NCBI GenBank assembly: GCA_016700415.1 | Contig: CP065018.1 | Span: 2,869,284 to 2,933,283, forward strand | Source of the DNA: Flavobacteriales bacterium | GTDB taxonomy: Bacteria > Bacteroidota > Bacteroidia > Flavobacteriales_F > PHOS-HE28 | Direction of reading: 5' to 3' | Length of the DNA: 64,000 bases | In this document: positions 9,801 to 18,636 of the stretch, piece by piece | How positions within the stretch are numbered: position 1 is the stretch's first letter | How the letters are laid out: each line of letters opens with the position of its first letter | Notes under the pieces: generated by a model | Told to the model about the DNA's origin: nothing | The model's input: the letters and a program-made list of their open reading frames with translations, nothing else | The model's database searches: none | Translations under genes and position numbers: made by a program

Positions 9801-10812
9801 GTGCATAGACCATGTTGGGGGCGGCAGCGCTCACGGCGATCTCCGTCCGCTTTTGCTCGTCGGGCGAAACGGGTAACGGCCAACCGGTCCCGACCTGCGC
9901 AAATGTTGAACCATTGTTCGTGCTGCGCCAGAATTCGGTACGGTTGCCGATCTGCTTAATGGCGTACACCGTATTCGGATCGCTCGGTTTAAATTCCAAT
10001 TCCTGCCAGGCGCCGGCCTGCACCTGGGTGAACGTTGATCCGGCGTTCGAGCTGCGCCACAATCCTAGATCGCTCAACACATACAGCACTTGCGCGTTCG
10101 TCGGGTGGACCTGGATCTCCTTGAAAGCATGGGCCAAGCCTTGAAAGGTGGCATCCCCGATGGTATTCCATGTGGAACCGCCATCAAGGGTCTTCCAAAG
10201 ATCACCTCCTGCCCCGAAGTACACGATGTTGGCGTCCGTCCGGTCGATCTCCAGCGCATAAACTTCACCGACCATCATGCTTTTCGTAAGGTTCGTCCAG
10301 TTCAAACCTTTGTCCACGCTCTTCCAAAGCCCACTGTTCGCCGTGCCGGCATAGATCACATCCGGGCTGCTCGCACTCTGCTTCACGGTGTATACATGGG
10401 CCGCACCGCACGCATAGCTCTTCGCTACAGCGCCATGGTCCCAATCGAAAGGGCCGATGCAACCCCAATTTGCCGCACGTGAGCCGACAAGTTCCTCCGA
10501 TGCACGGAGGTAGACGTTCAATGTGGTCGCATAGTCCGCCCGTTGTTGCGGATCGAGGGGAATTTGATCATGGCCCAATTCACGCTTCCAGCGCTTATAG
10601 TATTGGGTATGGCCGTTCTTCACGAACGGGTGCGAGGCGTAGTAGGCAACGTACGCCTCCTCCACCGCTCCGGGGTCCGGGTCAGGTGCGTACATGAGCC
10701 TCACCCATTCCGGTAGCGATGGCCCATCCGCATTGTAACGAAGCGCCTCCAATTGTGCGCGGGACACGAGGAATAGGCAGATGAAGACGAGGAACAGTTG
10801 TGATCTCTTCAT
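6871..10812 (-). CDS. large secreted BNR/Asp-box (sortilin/VPS10-like) repeat protein with a PKD domain and a duplicated C-terminal KYTGxxNDRDPILQxxGG motif
   Basis: Signal peptide MKRSQLFLVFICLFLVSRAQ. There are more than 8 SxDxGxTW/F Asp-box repeats (STDGGASF, STDAGGSW, STSGGSAW, STNNGSTF, ...). A PKD-like segment (VTYGAPGTYGVSLTVTDVNGT) is present. The C-terminus does not match the canonical T9SS type-A CTD. Confidence 0.8.
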   Translation of the reverse strand: MKRSQLFLVFICLFLVSRAQLEALRYNADGPSLPEWVRLMYAPDPDPGAVEEAYVAYYASHPFVKNGHTQYYKRWKRELGHDQIPLDPQQRADYATTLNVYLRASEELVGSRAANWGCIGPFDWDHGAVAKSYACGAAHVYTVKQSASSPDVIYAGTANSGLWKSVDKGLNWTNLTKSMMVGEVYALEIDRTDANIVYFGAGGDLWKTLDGGSTWNTIGDATFQGLAHAFKEIQVHPTNAQVLYVLSDLGLWRSSNAGSTFTQVQAGAWQELEFKPSDPNTVYAIKQIGNRTEFWRSTNNGSTFAQVGTGWPLPVSPDEQKRTEIAVSAAAPNMVYALCTGDANGGSGLYGVYKSVDQGANWTFQCCGAQPAGVPSPTNFNLMGWDDGGQDDGGQYYYDLAFDVDPSNADKVNVCGVQRWVSTDGGASFTCPAKWSHSNKVDYLHADIHDFRYYGANEVWAANDGGVFYSSDGGATFERRMFGISGTDFWGFGAGGWTGSNVMLGGTYHNGTLLKDNNTYINGWVSTDGGDGYRGFVHPQYDRRALSDYGYKVLSGDRNVNNTNGTWSKQPNASYIVGESSEVAWHPNLVDAAYVGNGTALWLTNDNGLSFSQVHDFGEKVTNIEVAFSDANTIYACTYVDWWGVKRVYRSTDAGGSWTDITPTSAALNGNTWVPYDIAVSAVDPQTIWLVRTSQYGNSPNLNGYVVYKSTSGGSAWTNITDAGLNGEWPTNITHQYGSNGVVYIGTRRAVYTRNDAAPAWSLWNAGLPAKIFSTRLLINYRDGLIRNGTDRSVWESAMEAPAPPVANFAVDRRTVTCLGPTVKFYDNSALSGNGATWAWTFVGGNPATSTVRDPVVTYGAPGTYGVSLTVTDVNGTHTRTVSDQITYLNSTAATPVTADAEDLLIAPAGWSLKNPDDLDTWSNQALTSGADGLPTRAWRMDYYYYNAPGQLDHLVSPLISLAGSAGTRLKFHHAYKPYGANYTDGLRVEISTDCGANWAQLYYAEALALGTTTTGTSPWSPTAAEQWQLHDIDLSAYDGMNVVIRFTGVNDYGDRLYLDNVSITNSGVRLAVKLMLEGPYVTGTLLMRDDLRVAGLLPADEPYTGSGFNRPDGGGERIHDGVLRKEGNPAIVDWVIVELREASAPANIVATRAALLQRNGDVVAVDGVSPISFPVAAGSYHIVVRHRNHLGTMTAAPLMLSTVVSAVDFTSAATYGTGGTKTIGSTHVLWAGDVSKDVAAPSGLKYTGNNNDRDPILQVVGGVTTNTVNGYLSSDVNMDGTAKYTGTGNDRDPILQNIGGVITTNVRVEQLP

Positions 10813-11169
10813 TGGTCAACAGGATCTGCTTGTAAGATGGGAGGTCCTGAAGATCGCAGCGGAACAGATCTACCTCCGTATTGGGTTCCTATGGGTGTGG
10901 AAAGAGCGCTGGGGAACGCCCGACGAAATTCACCTCTTGACCCTCGGTGTTTCCGTGGCCCAGGCTGGGCTATGTTGATCTTGCCGACATGAAATTGACG
11001 AAGCACCATCTGCGTGATCCCGCGCTGCGGAACAGGTCCTGAGGTTACGTTGACCAGGAGCCCGCGGCCATCAGTTGTGCGCAACGCACGATCCCCCGTT
11101 GGCAAGCCGGGGCCGGTGCGGCTCCTGTCCGGGACCATATGCCACTATCTTTCGTCAAGTCCCGCCACC

Positions 11170-11751
11170 ATGCGCAGCCTGATCTTCCTTCTTACCCTCG
11201 GCCTCAGCTCCGGAGCGATGGCGCAGAACGTCATCTACCGTAACTATGGCGAGTACGTCGCCAAGCAGGGCGATTCGGTGGACGGCCCGGTCAGCGTGGT
11301 GCCGAACATGGGCCGCTTCGTGGTGAGCTATGTGAAAGAAGGATCGAAGAAGCACGTGGCCACCCGCAAAGTCTGGGGTTTTCTGAACAATGGTTTTCTG
11401 TATAGGATAGAGCCGGAGGGCCACCTCCCTGTGCGGTTGATGGCACAGGGCGCGATCTTCTATTGGGAGAACGGCTTCGCTCACTTGCGCATCCAACGCG
11501 ATTCCACAGGGGCGGCCGGGTTTAAGTACGGTTACGGTTCCTACCTCAGCCGGGAACTGCAAAGCGGGATCGTCCCCGCCAGCTTCAAGGCGGAGGACAC
11601 GAAGTCATCGTCCGCGAAGTTCAAGGAATCATGGCCGGCATACGCGGAGTTATTGGGCCGCATCGGAGAAGGTGCGGACATGGACAGTGTGCGCCAGTTG
11701 GTGGTGGACTATGAAGTTGCAGTGGAGGAAGGGAAAGTGGCGGGGCCGTGA
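11170..11751 (+). CDS. hypothetical secreted protein
   Basis: Internal ATG at 11170 gives the signal peptide MRSLIFLLTLGLSSGAMAQ. The upstream part of the ORF (from 11014) is not favoured because of the 357-bp divergent intergenic region. Confidence 0.55.
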   Translation: MRSLIFLLTLGLSSGAMAQNVIYRNYGEYVAKQGDSVDGPVSVVPNMGRFVVSYVKEGSKKHVATRKVWGFLNNGFLYRIEPEGHLPVRLMAQGAIFYWENGFAHLRIQRDSTGAAGFKYGYGSYLSRELQSGIVPASFKAEDTKSSSAKFKESWPAYAELLGRIGEGADMDSVRQLVVDYEVAVEEGKVAGP

Positions 11752-11760
11752 GGGAGGAGA

Positions 11761-11826
11761 GGATTAGCTGATAGGTTGCTCAATGCGACCATCAGCTAAT
11801 CGTCACATCAGCTCATCAGCTAATCA
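11761..11826 (+). repeat. conserved 3'-end hairpin motif, copy A
   Basis: Contains a perfect 11-bp inverted repeat, gattagctgat (11762-11772) and atcagctaatc (11791-11801), plus a second downstream atcagctaatc (11815-11825). It lies 10 nt after the upstream stop and before the qor-like gene. The same sequence architecture recurs at 44983-45029. Confidence 0.4.
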
Positions 11827-11848
11827 TCGGACCCCGTAGCTTTCGGCC

Positions 11849-12868
11849 ATGAAAGCATGGCAGCTCACCGCGCACGGCGATCCCGCGAAAGTCCTTGTAC
11901 TACGGGAGCTTCCCGACCCCGTGCCGAAGCCGGGCGAGGTGCTCATCCGCAGCGAGGGCTTCGGCCTGAACTATGCTGATGTGATGGCCGTGAAGGGCCT
12001 CTATCGCGATGCGCCGCCGCCGCCTTGCGTGATCGGTTATGAGACGGTGGGCCGTGTGGAACAATGCGGCGAAGGTGTTCCTCCGGAGCTGTTGGGCAAG
12101 CGCGTGTTGGCGATGACGCGCTTCGGAGGTTATGCGGAGCTTGCTTGTACGGATCATCGCGCCGTGGCTGTGATCCCGGAGGACATGGGGCTTGGCGAAG
12201 CCTTGGCCATGGCCACCCAAGGGGCCACGGCTTGGTACATGGCCATGGTGGCCTCACCGGTGCAGGCGGGCCAACGCATTCTTGTGCATAGCGCCGCCGG
12301 GGGCGTGGGGCAGTTGCTCACGCAGATGGCCGTGCATCAAGGATGTGAGGTTTTCGCCGTGGCGAACGGGGAGGAGAAGATGGCCTACTTGAAGCAGTTG
12401 GGCGCACAGCACGTCATCGACCGCAAAGCGGGTGACCATGCGGTGCAAGTCGGGAAACTATTAGGCAAGGAACGCTTGAACGCGAGCTTCAACGCGGTGG
12501 GCGGGACCACCTTCAAAAAGGACTTGAAGTTGATCGGCAGCGGTGGTCGCTTGTTGCTCTTCGGTGGTGCCGAGCGCGGCGCGGGCGGTGCGTTCGGCAC
12601 GTTGCGCTTCGTGTGGAACATGGGCCTGGTGATCCCGATCTTCCTGATGATGCGCAGCAAGAGCCTGATCGGCGTGAACATGCTTCGCCTCAGCGAGCAC
12701 AAGCCTTTGTTGGTGGCCACCTGCATGCAAGGTGCGCTGGACGCGATGCGCGAAGGCTGGCTGAAACCCAAGGTCCATCCACTTTTCAGCGCGGATCAAC
12801 TTCCGCAGGCGGTGGAGCTGCTGGGCTCGGGGAAGAGCATTGGGAAGGTGGCGGTGAAGTGGGCCTGA
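11849..12868 (+). CDS. zinc-type alcohol dehydrogenase / quinone oxidoreductase (MDR superfamily)
   Basis: MKAWQL...GEVLIR...GLNYADV N-terminal GroES-like fold, and a Rossmann motif (AAGGVG) in the middle. Confidence 0.85.
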   Translation: MKAWQLTAHGDPAKVLVLRELPDPVPKPGEVLIRSEGFGLNYADVMAVKGLYRDAPPPPCVIGYETVGRVEQCGEGVPPELLGKRVLAMTRFGGYAELACTDHRAVAVIPEDMGLGEALAMATQGATAWYMAMVASPVQAGQRILVHSAAGGVGQLLTQMAVHQGCEVFAVANGEEKMAYLKQLGAQHVIDRKAGDHAVQVGKLLGKERLNASFNAVGGTTFKKDLKLIGSGGRLLLFGGAERGAGGAFGTLRFVWNMGLVIPIFLMMRSKSLIGVNMLRLSEHKPLLVATCMQGALDAMREGWLKPKVHPLFSADQLPQAVELLGSGKSIGKVAVKWA

Positions 12869-12870
12869 TG

Positions 12871-13059
12871 CTATTCCTTCTCTTCCTTGGCGTCGGGGTC
12901 GTCCTCCACCGGCGTGGGGTCTCCGCCCACATTCTCCTCTTCCTCCTCTTGGCGCAGCCGCTCGTGCAGGCTGCCGGGCGGTAAGGTGGGCGAGAACGGG
13001 TCGGTGCTTTCGTTGCCGAGCGGGCGTGGCTTCGGGTCGGGTGTGGGCTTGGTGTCCAT
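12871..13059 (-). CDS. very small acidic/Pro-rich ORF (speculative)
   Basis: MDTKPTPDPKPRPLGNESTDPF...EEEEENVGGDPTPVEDDPDAKEEKE. It fits exactly between convergent/divergent neighbours. It is low-complexity and has no homology support. Confidence 0.15.
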   Translation of the reverse strand: MDTKPTPDPKPRPLGNESTDPFSPTLPPGSLHERLRQEEEEENVGGDPTPVEDDPDAKEEKE

Positions 13060-13142
13060 GGTACAGTGAATTGCTTTGTACAAGGTACGCACGAAAAGGC
13101 GTGCCGAAAAGGTCGGGCCTTGACCCAATACCTTTGCATCTC

Positions 13143-14309
13143 ATGCCGCTACTGAATATCCAGCCCGTTCCCTTCGCCGATTGGGGCATCGGCATTGATC
13201 GACCCTTGATCATTGCAGGCCCTTGCAGTGCTGAAAGCCGTGAGCAGGTGCTGGCCACCGCTGAAGGGATCGTGGAACATGCTCCACAGGTGAAGGTGTT
13301 CCGCGCGGGCGTGTGGAAGCCCCGCACCCGGCCCGGTGGCTTTGAGGGCGCGGGCGAGGCCGCCCTGCCTTGGCTGGCCGAAGCCAGGGAGCGCACCGGT
13401 CTGTTGACAATGGTGGAGGTGGCCACACCGCAACATGTGGAAGCCGCGCTGAAGGGCGGGGTGGACATGCTGTGGATCGGTGCCCGCACCACCCCGAACC
13501 CGTTCAGTGTGCAGGCCATTGCCGATGCGCTCAGCGGCACGGACATCCCGATCTTCGTGAAGAACCCCGTGAACCCCGACCTGCAATTGTGGATCGGTGC
13601 CTTGGAGCGCTTGTTCGCCGCCGGGCTGACGCGCGTGGCCGCCATACACCGCGGCTTCCATTGGTTCGAGCGCACGCCCTACCGGAACAGCCCGATGTGG
13701 GAGATCCCGGTGCGGCTCAAGGCGGCCTTCCCGGATCTGGAACTGCTGTGCGACCCCAGCCACATCGCCGGAAACCGGGAACTGTTGGCCGGCGTGGCCC
13801 AACAGGCCTTGGACCTCAACTTCAGCGGGTTGATGATCGAGACGCATATCGATCCCGAGGCGGCGAAGAGTGACGCGGACCAGCAGGTAAGACCACAGGA
13901 CCTTGCCACCCTACTGAACGGATCGACCTATCGCCGTTCCACCGCCGGCCCGGACCTTCGGGATGAACTGCAGGAGCACCGCGACCTGATCGATCGGCTC
14001 GATGAGGAGATCCTACAGAAGGTCGCGGCGCGCATGGAGATCTCCGAGCGCATCGGCCTGTTCAAACAGGCGCACAACATCGCCATACTCCAGCCCGAAC
14101 GTTGGCGGTACATCATGCGGGCCGCGCAGGCAATGGGCACGGAACTAGGGCATTCACAGCACTTCATCCAAGCGCTGATGGACGCCGTACATGACGAGAG
14201 CATCCGCAAGCAGACCGCCGTTTGGGAACGCGAACAACTTGCCGCAGGATACCAAGGATCGAGCGAGAATGGCATCGCCTCTCCTGACATTGGTCACGGA
14301 TCGGCATAG
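13143..14309 (+). CDS. bifunctional 3-deoxy-7-phosphoheptulonate (DAHP) synthase / chorismate mutase
   Basis: The N-terminal part is the KDSA/AroA(G)-type DAHP synthase (IAGPCSAES..., GVDMLWIGARTT). The last ~95 aa form an AroQ chorismate mutase helix bundle (LRDELQEHRDLIDRLDEEILQKVAARMEISERIG). A Bacteroidetes-type TAccTTTG -7 box sits at 13129-13136, immediately 5' of the ATG. Confidence 0.85.
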   Translation: MPLLNIQPVPFADWGIGIDRPLIIAGPCSAESREQVLATAEGIVEHAPQVKVFRAGVWKPRTRPGGFEGAGEAALPWLAEARERTGLLTMVEVATPQHVEAALKGGVDMLWIGARTTPNPFSVQAIADALSGTDIPIFVKNPVNPDLQLWIGALERLFAAGLTRVAAIHRGFHWFERTPYRNSPMWEIPVRLKAAFPDLELLCDPSHIAGNRELLAGVAQQALDLNFSGLMIETHIDPEAAKSDADQQVRPQDLATLLNGSTYRRSTAGPDLRDELQEHRDLIDRLDEEILQKVAARMEISERIGLFKQAHNIAILQPERWRYIMRAAQAMGTELGHSQHFIQALMDAVHDESIRKQTAVWEREQLAAGYQGSSENGIASPDIGHGSA

Positions 14310-14353
14310 CTTTCATGCTTGAGCCAACACAACATCGTTCCAACCCCGACCCC

Positions 14354-17155
14354 ATGATCAAGAACTACGCCTTCGTCCTCACGGCCTTGTTAATAGTCTC
14401 CCAAGCCACCGCCCAACCCGCCTTCACCGATGGCACCGCGATGCTGGGCCACACGGCCAACAGCGGTGGTTGCATGGCCGTCACGGACATGGACGGCGAC
14501 GGCCTGGACGATGTGGTGCAGTTGGATTTCGGTACACATGTCTACGTGCTCTATCAAGAGACCGACGGTAGCTTTACCACCGTGGACTACGGCTCTTTGG
14601 ACAATAGTTCCCAATGGGGCTGGGCCATCGGCGATCTGGACAACGACGGGCATAAGGACATCTGCGGCGGGGCCACCGGCCAACAGAATTTCCTCAGCAT
14701 CACCGCACGTGGGGTCTCCAGCTTCAGCAATTTGGACGGTCCGTCCATCTTCACCCAGTGCATGAGCATGGGCGACATGAACAATGACGGCCGGACGGAC
14801 ATTTTCGCCTGCCATGACAATGGGCCGCCCAACATCTGGTTCACCAATGCCAGCGGTGTCCCGGTGAACAGCAACAGCTACATCGATTGGAGCACCTCTC
14901 CTTCCAGCGACATGAGCGGGAACTATGGGAGCTGCTTTGTCGATTTCGACAACGATGGCGACCTCGACCTGTACATCGCACACTGCCGCCAAGGGGTGAA
15001 CAGTTCGGATGACCCACGCCGTTGGAACCGCTTGTTCGTCAACGACGGCACCAACCATTACACGGACCAAGCTGCTGAATATGGCGTTCAGGACCACGAG
15101 CAGACCTGGACATCCGATTTCGGGGACTACGACAATGACGGCGATCTGGACATGTTCAGCAACGAACACAGCACGGGTACGCAACTGTTCGAGAATGACG
15201 GGACGGGACACTACACGAACGTCACCGCCGGAAGTGGATTGGGCGTAGCAAGTTTCCCGCTACAGGGCATGTTCCGGGACATGGACAACGACGGCTTTCT
15301 GGACATCCTGATCGCCGGCGGAAGTGAATTTTATTACAAGGGCAATGGCGATGGGACCTTCACCCTGGTTGAAGGTCTGTTCCCCTCTTCCAAGGCCATG
15401 CACGGCTTTGCCTTCGGCGACCTCAACCGGGATGGCTTTGAGGATGTATATGCCAACTATGGCAGCGGCTATGTGGATGGCAGTGCCGGCAACCCGGACC
15501 GTCTCTGGCTGAACACGCCCAACGGCAATCACTTCTTCCGCGTGCGGCTGCAAGGCACCACCAGTAACCGGGATGCTATCGGCGCGCGCGTCACTATCAC
15601 CGGCCCGTGGGGCACGCAGATCCGTGAGGTGCGCTCCGGCGAGAGCTATGGCCTGGTGAACTCCTTCATCCTGCCCTTCGGTCTGGGAGCGGAGACCATT
15701 GTGCCGACGGTGACCGTGCGCTGGCCCAGCGGTCTGGTGGAGACCTTCAACGATCTGAACGCCGACCAGACCATCACCGTGGTGGAAGGCACCTGCGTCT
15801 CGCCGAACGTGGCCATTTCGGCCTCGCCTTCCGCCATCATCTGCCCCAGCAGCGGCCCTGTTCTGCTGACCGCCTCGCCGGGAACCGACTTCACGTGGAA
15901 CACAGGTGCCACAGGACCGACCCTCAGCGTGGACCAAGCGGGTGCCTATTGGATCATGACCGGCACCGGCACCTGCACCACCCAAGCGAACGTGAACGTG
16001 CTGGAGAGCCCGGATGAGACGCCCACCGTATCCGCCGCAGGTCCCACCACGATCTGCCCCTTGGATCAGGTGGTGCTCACCGCCAGTCCGGCATCCGGTT
16101 ATCTGTGGAGCAATGGAAGTGACCAGCAGAGCATCACGGTCAGTGCGGCCGGTAATTACACGGTGACGATCGAAGGAGCCTGCGCCGCGTTCACCTCGGA
16201 ACCCGTGGAGGTGACCCTGCTCAATGCGCCCGCCGCACCGATGAGCGAGGATGTGTCGATCCCCGTGGCCGGCACCGCGGTGCTCACCGCCACGGGCGAC
16301 AGCATTATTTGGTATGATGCGGAGGTGGACGGTACTCCCGTGGGCTATGGCAGCCCGTGGACCACGCCGTTCGTGGACACGAACACCCTCTTCTGGTGCT
16401 CGGACCTGGGCCAGAACGGCGGTGTGCCGCAGTATGGAGGAAAGACGGACAAGTCCGACATCGGGACCTACCAGAACAACGCCACGTACTACAACTATTT
16501 CAGCACCTACGAGGACATGGTGATCAAAAGTGCCAAGGTCTACGCGAACGGTGCCGGTGAGCGCCCGATCGCCGTCGTGGACCAGGGAACAGGCAACATA
16601 GTGGCCTCGGGGAACTTCTTCATCCCGGACGGTGAGAGCCGGGTGCAATTGGACCTGTTGGCTCCGGGCGGCGGCGCGTACGCCTTGCGGATCGTTTCCG
16701 GCGACCCGCAGCTTTGGCGCGATGGGGTTGGTAGCAACCCGGTATACCCGTACGACCTGGGCGGCTTAGGCGCGATCACGGGCTGCAACGCCGGTTCGGC
16801 CAATTACTACTACTACTTCTACAATTGGGAAGTTGCCTCGCCGGCTTCTTGGTGCGAAGGACCACGGACGCCGGTGGAAGTGCTGGTCGGTCCCACGGGC
16901 GTGGCGCCCGATGGTCAGGCCGAGGGCCTGCGTGTCTTCCCGAACCCGGCCACCGACAAGGTCACCATCTCCGGTAAACTGCCCGAAGGTGCTGCCACCG
17001 CGGAGTTCCTGGACGTGGCCGGCCGTGTCTGCCTCCGCGCCGCGATCACTCCCGCTGGTGTAACGATCGATGTTTCCTCCTTGGCCCCCGGTGCCTACAC
17101 CTTGCAATTACGCGGGGAAGATGGCATCAGCAACACGGCTTTCGTGAAGCGTTGA
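14354..17155 (+). CDS. FG-GAP/VCBS-repeat, ASPIC-UnbV (CRTAC1-like) secreted protein with a T9SS C-terminal sorting domain
   Basis: Signal peptide present. Seven DxDxDGxxD calcium-binding FG-GAP repeats. UnbV_ASPIC motif (RDAIGARVTITGPWGTQIREV). Ig-like repeats. C-terminal FPNPATDKVTIS...GAYTLQL matches the type-A T9SS CTD. Confidence 0.85.
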   Translation: MIKNYAFVLTALLIVSQATAQPAFTDGTAMLGHTANSGGCMAVTDMDGDGLDDVVQLDFGTHVYVLYQETDGSFTTVDYGSLDNSSQWGWAIGDLDNDGHKDICGGATGQQNFLSITARGVSSFSNLDGPSIFTQCMSMGDMNNDGRTDIFACHDNGPPNIWFTNASGVPVNSNSYIDWSTSPSSDMSGNYGSCFVDFDNDGDLDLYIAHCRQGVNSSDDPRRWNRLFVNDGTNHYTDQAAEYGVQDHEQTWTSDFGDYDNDGDLDMFSNEHSTGTQLFENDGTGHYTNVTAGSGLGVASFPLQGMFRDMDNDGFLDILIAGGSEFYYKGNGDGTFTLVEGLFPSSKAMHGFAFGDLNRDGFEDVYANYGSGYVDGSAGNPDRLWLNTPNGNHFFRVRLQGTTSNRDAIGARVTITGPWGTQIREVRSGESYGLVNSFILPFGLGAETIVPTVTVRWPSGLVETFNDLNADQTITVVEGTCVSPNVAISASPSAIICPSSGPVLLTASPGTDFTWNTGATGPTLSVDQAGAYWIMTGTGTCTTQANVNVLESPDETPTVSAAGPTTICPLDQVVLTASPASGYLWSNGSDQQSITVSAAGNYTVTIEGACAAFTSEPVEVTLLNAPAAPMSEDVSIPVAGTAVLTATGDSIIWYDAEVDGTPVGYGSPWTTPFVDTNTLFWCSDLGQNGGVPQYGGKTDKSDIGTYQNNATYYNYFSTYEDMVIKSAKVYANGAGERPIAVVDQGTGNIVASGNFFIPDGESRVQLDLLAPGGGAYALRIVSGDPQLWRDGVGSNPVYPYDLGGLGAITGCNAGSANYYYYFYNWEVASPASWCEGPRTPVEVLVGPTGVAPDGQAEGLRVFPNPATDKVTISGKLPEGAATAEFLDVAGRVCLRAAITPAGVTIDVSSLAPGAYTLQLRGEDGISNTAFVKR

Positions 17156-17241
17156 TTCCGGATGCATCCTCCACAAGAAGCCCTGGAACCCCCGGAGCTT
17201 TTTGCTGTCCGACCAAGGCGATCAGGTGGTTACTTTGCGGC

Positions 17242-17904
17242 ATGACCGACCAGGTGGACGAACAGCAACCGCTGAGGCTGCTCATAGTGGGCGCAGGGGC
17301 CCTCGGGAATGCATTGCTGCCGCGCGTCCTGCGCTGGAAATGGGACGGTATCACCATCATGGACGGTGATCGGGTGGAGGAGAAGAACTTGGTACGGCAA
17401 GAGCTCTTTGCACCCGTGGACATCGGCAGGCCGAAGAGTGATGTACTGGCGGCCTGGGTCCGCAACATGCCCGTTCCGGTGCACATGGCGTCCCGGGATG
17501 AATTCCTTGATGCGAACAACGCCGAAGCGCTCATTGCCGTGCACGACGTGGTGGCGGACTGTACGGACGATGCACATGTGAAGCGGTTGATCGACCGCAC
17601 CTGTGCTGAGTACGGCGTGGCGTTGGTGAGCGGGTCCGTCCACGGAAAGGAAAGTCAGGTGATCCTTTTGCACGCGGAAGGGGAGGACGAAAAGATCACG
17701 CGTGATGAGCTCTTCCATGGCAGACCCGGCGGGGAGCAGGACGGTTGCGACATGCGGAACGTGCCGATGGAGACCATCGAGGAAACAGGCCGGCGCATGG
17801 CACAACTGCTGCGCGCCGTGCGACAAGGCGAACCCGTGAAGAACGGCCGCATCGACCTCTTCGACGGTAAACGTTGGACCGCGATCGATCCCCCGGACCA
17901 CTGA
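17242..17904 (+). CDS. moeB: ThiF/MoeB/HesA-family E1-like adenylyltransferase; short and without zinc CxxC motifs or a rhodanese domain
   Basis: LLIVGAGALGN Rossmann motif and DxDxV..NL.RQ nucleotide motif. It is the first gene of the Moco cluster. The start was set at the internal ATG at 17242. Confidence 0.7.
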   Translation: MTDQVDEQQPLRLLIVGAGALGNALLPRVLRWKWDGITIMDGDRVEEKNLVRQELFAPVDIGRPKSDVLAAWVRNMPVPVHMASRDEFLDANNAEALIAVHDVVADCTDDAHVKRLIDRTCAEYGVALVSGSVHGKESQVILLHAEGEDEKITRDELFHGRPGGEQDGCDMRNVPMETIEETGRRMAQLLRAVRQGEPVKNGRIDLFDGKRWTAIDPPDH

Positions 17905-17907
17905 AAG

Positions 17908-18636
17908 ATGGACAGCACCTTGTTGATCCTCCTGATCGCCTTCGTCGCCTTCGCCTACGCCATGGTGGGCCACGGCGGTGCCAGTGGCTACCTCGCGTTG
18001 ATGGCATTGGCGGGCATGTCCGTGGTGGTGATGCGCCCCACCGCGCTGGTATTGAACCTCTTCGTCAGCGCCATCTCCTTCACGCTTTACGCGCGTTCAG
18101 GCCATTTCAAATGGAGCACCTTCTGGCCCTTCGCGGTACTGTCGATCCCGGCGGCGTGGCTCGGCGCGCACGTCGTGCTGGACCCCGTGATCTACAAGCG
18201 TATCCTTGCGGTCTGCCTGCTCTTTGCGGTCGCCAAGCTCTTCGGCTTTTTCGGAAAAGGCAAGGATGGCCTACGGCCCATCCCGTTGGTCTGGGGCTTG
18301 CTGATCGGCTCGGCGCTGGGCTTCGTCTCCGGCATGATCGGCATCGGTGGCGGCATCCTGTTGAGCCCGGTGCTACTGCTCTTCAATTGGGCGGACATGA
18401 AGACCACGGCGGCCACCTCGGCGCTCTTCATCTTCGTGAACAGCGCGGCCGGTATCGTGGGCGCTTTCGGCAACGGTGAAACGTTGGGCACGGAGATGGT
18501 GCCGTGGATCATCGCGGCAGTTCTGGGCGGTCTGCTCGGCAGTTGGATCGGCGCGAAGCGGTTGAACGAACTGCGCTTGAAGCAGGCCCTGGGCATCGTC
18601 CTCCTATTCGCCAGCGTGAAACTGATGATGGCATGA
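17908..18636 (+). CDS. TauE/SafE (DUF81) family anion-export membrane protein
   Basis: About eight TM helices with duplicated GxGGG motifs (MVGHGGASG, MIGIGGGIL). It is embedded between moeB-like and moeA with 4-nt spacings or overlaps on both sides. Confidence 0.8.
   Translation: MDSTLLILLIAFVAFAYAMVGHGGASGYLALMALAGMSVVVMRPTALVLNLFVSAISFTLYARSGHFKWSTFWPFAVLSIPAAWLGAHVVLDPVIYKRILAVCLLFAVAKLFGFFGKGKDGLRPIPLVWGLLIGSALGFVSGMIGIGGGILLSPVLLLFNWADMKTTAATSALFIFVNSAAGIVGAFGNGETLGTEMVPWIIAAVLGGLLGSWIGAKRLNELRLKQALGIVLLFASVKLMMA

Noticed and set aside
12461-13675. 404-aa reverse-strand ORF
   Set aside because: It is antisense to the 3' end of the quinone oxidoreductase gene and the 5' half of the DAHP synthase gene. 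It is Ala/Arg/Pro-rich nonsense typical of antisense frames in high-GC DNA.
14390-16648. 273-aa and 462-aa reverse-strand ORFs
   Set aside because: Antisense to the FG-GAP/ASPIC-UnbV gene, whose repeat structure and T9SS CTD establish the forward frame.
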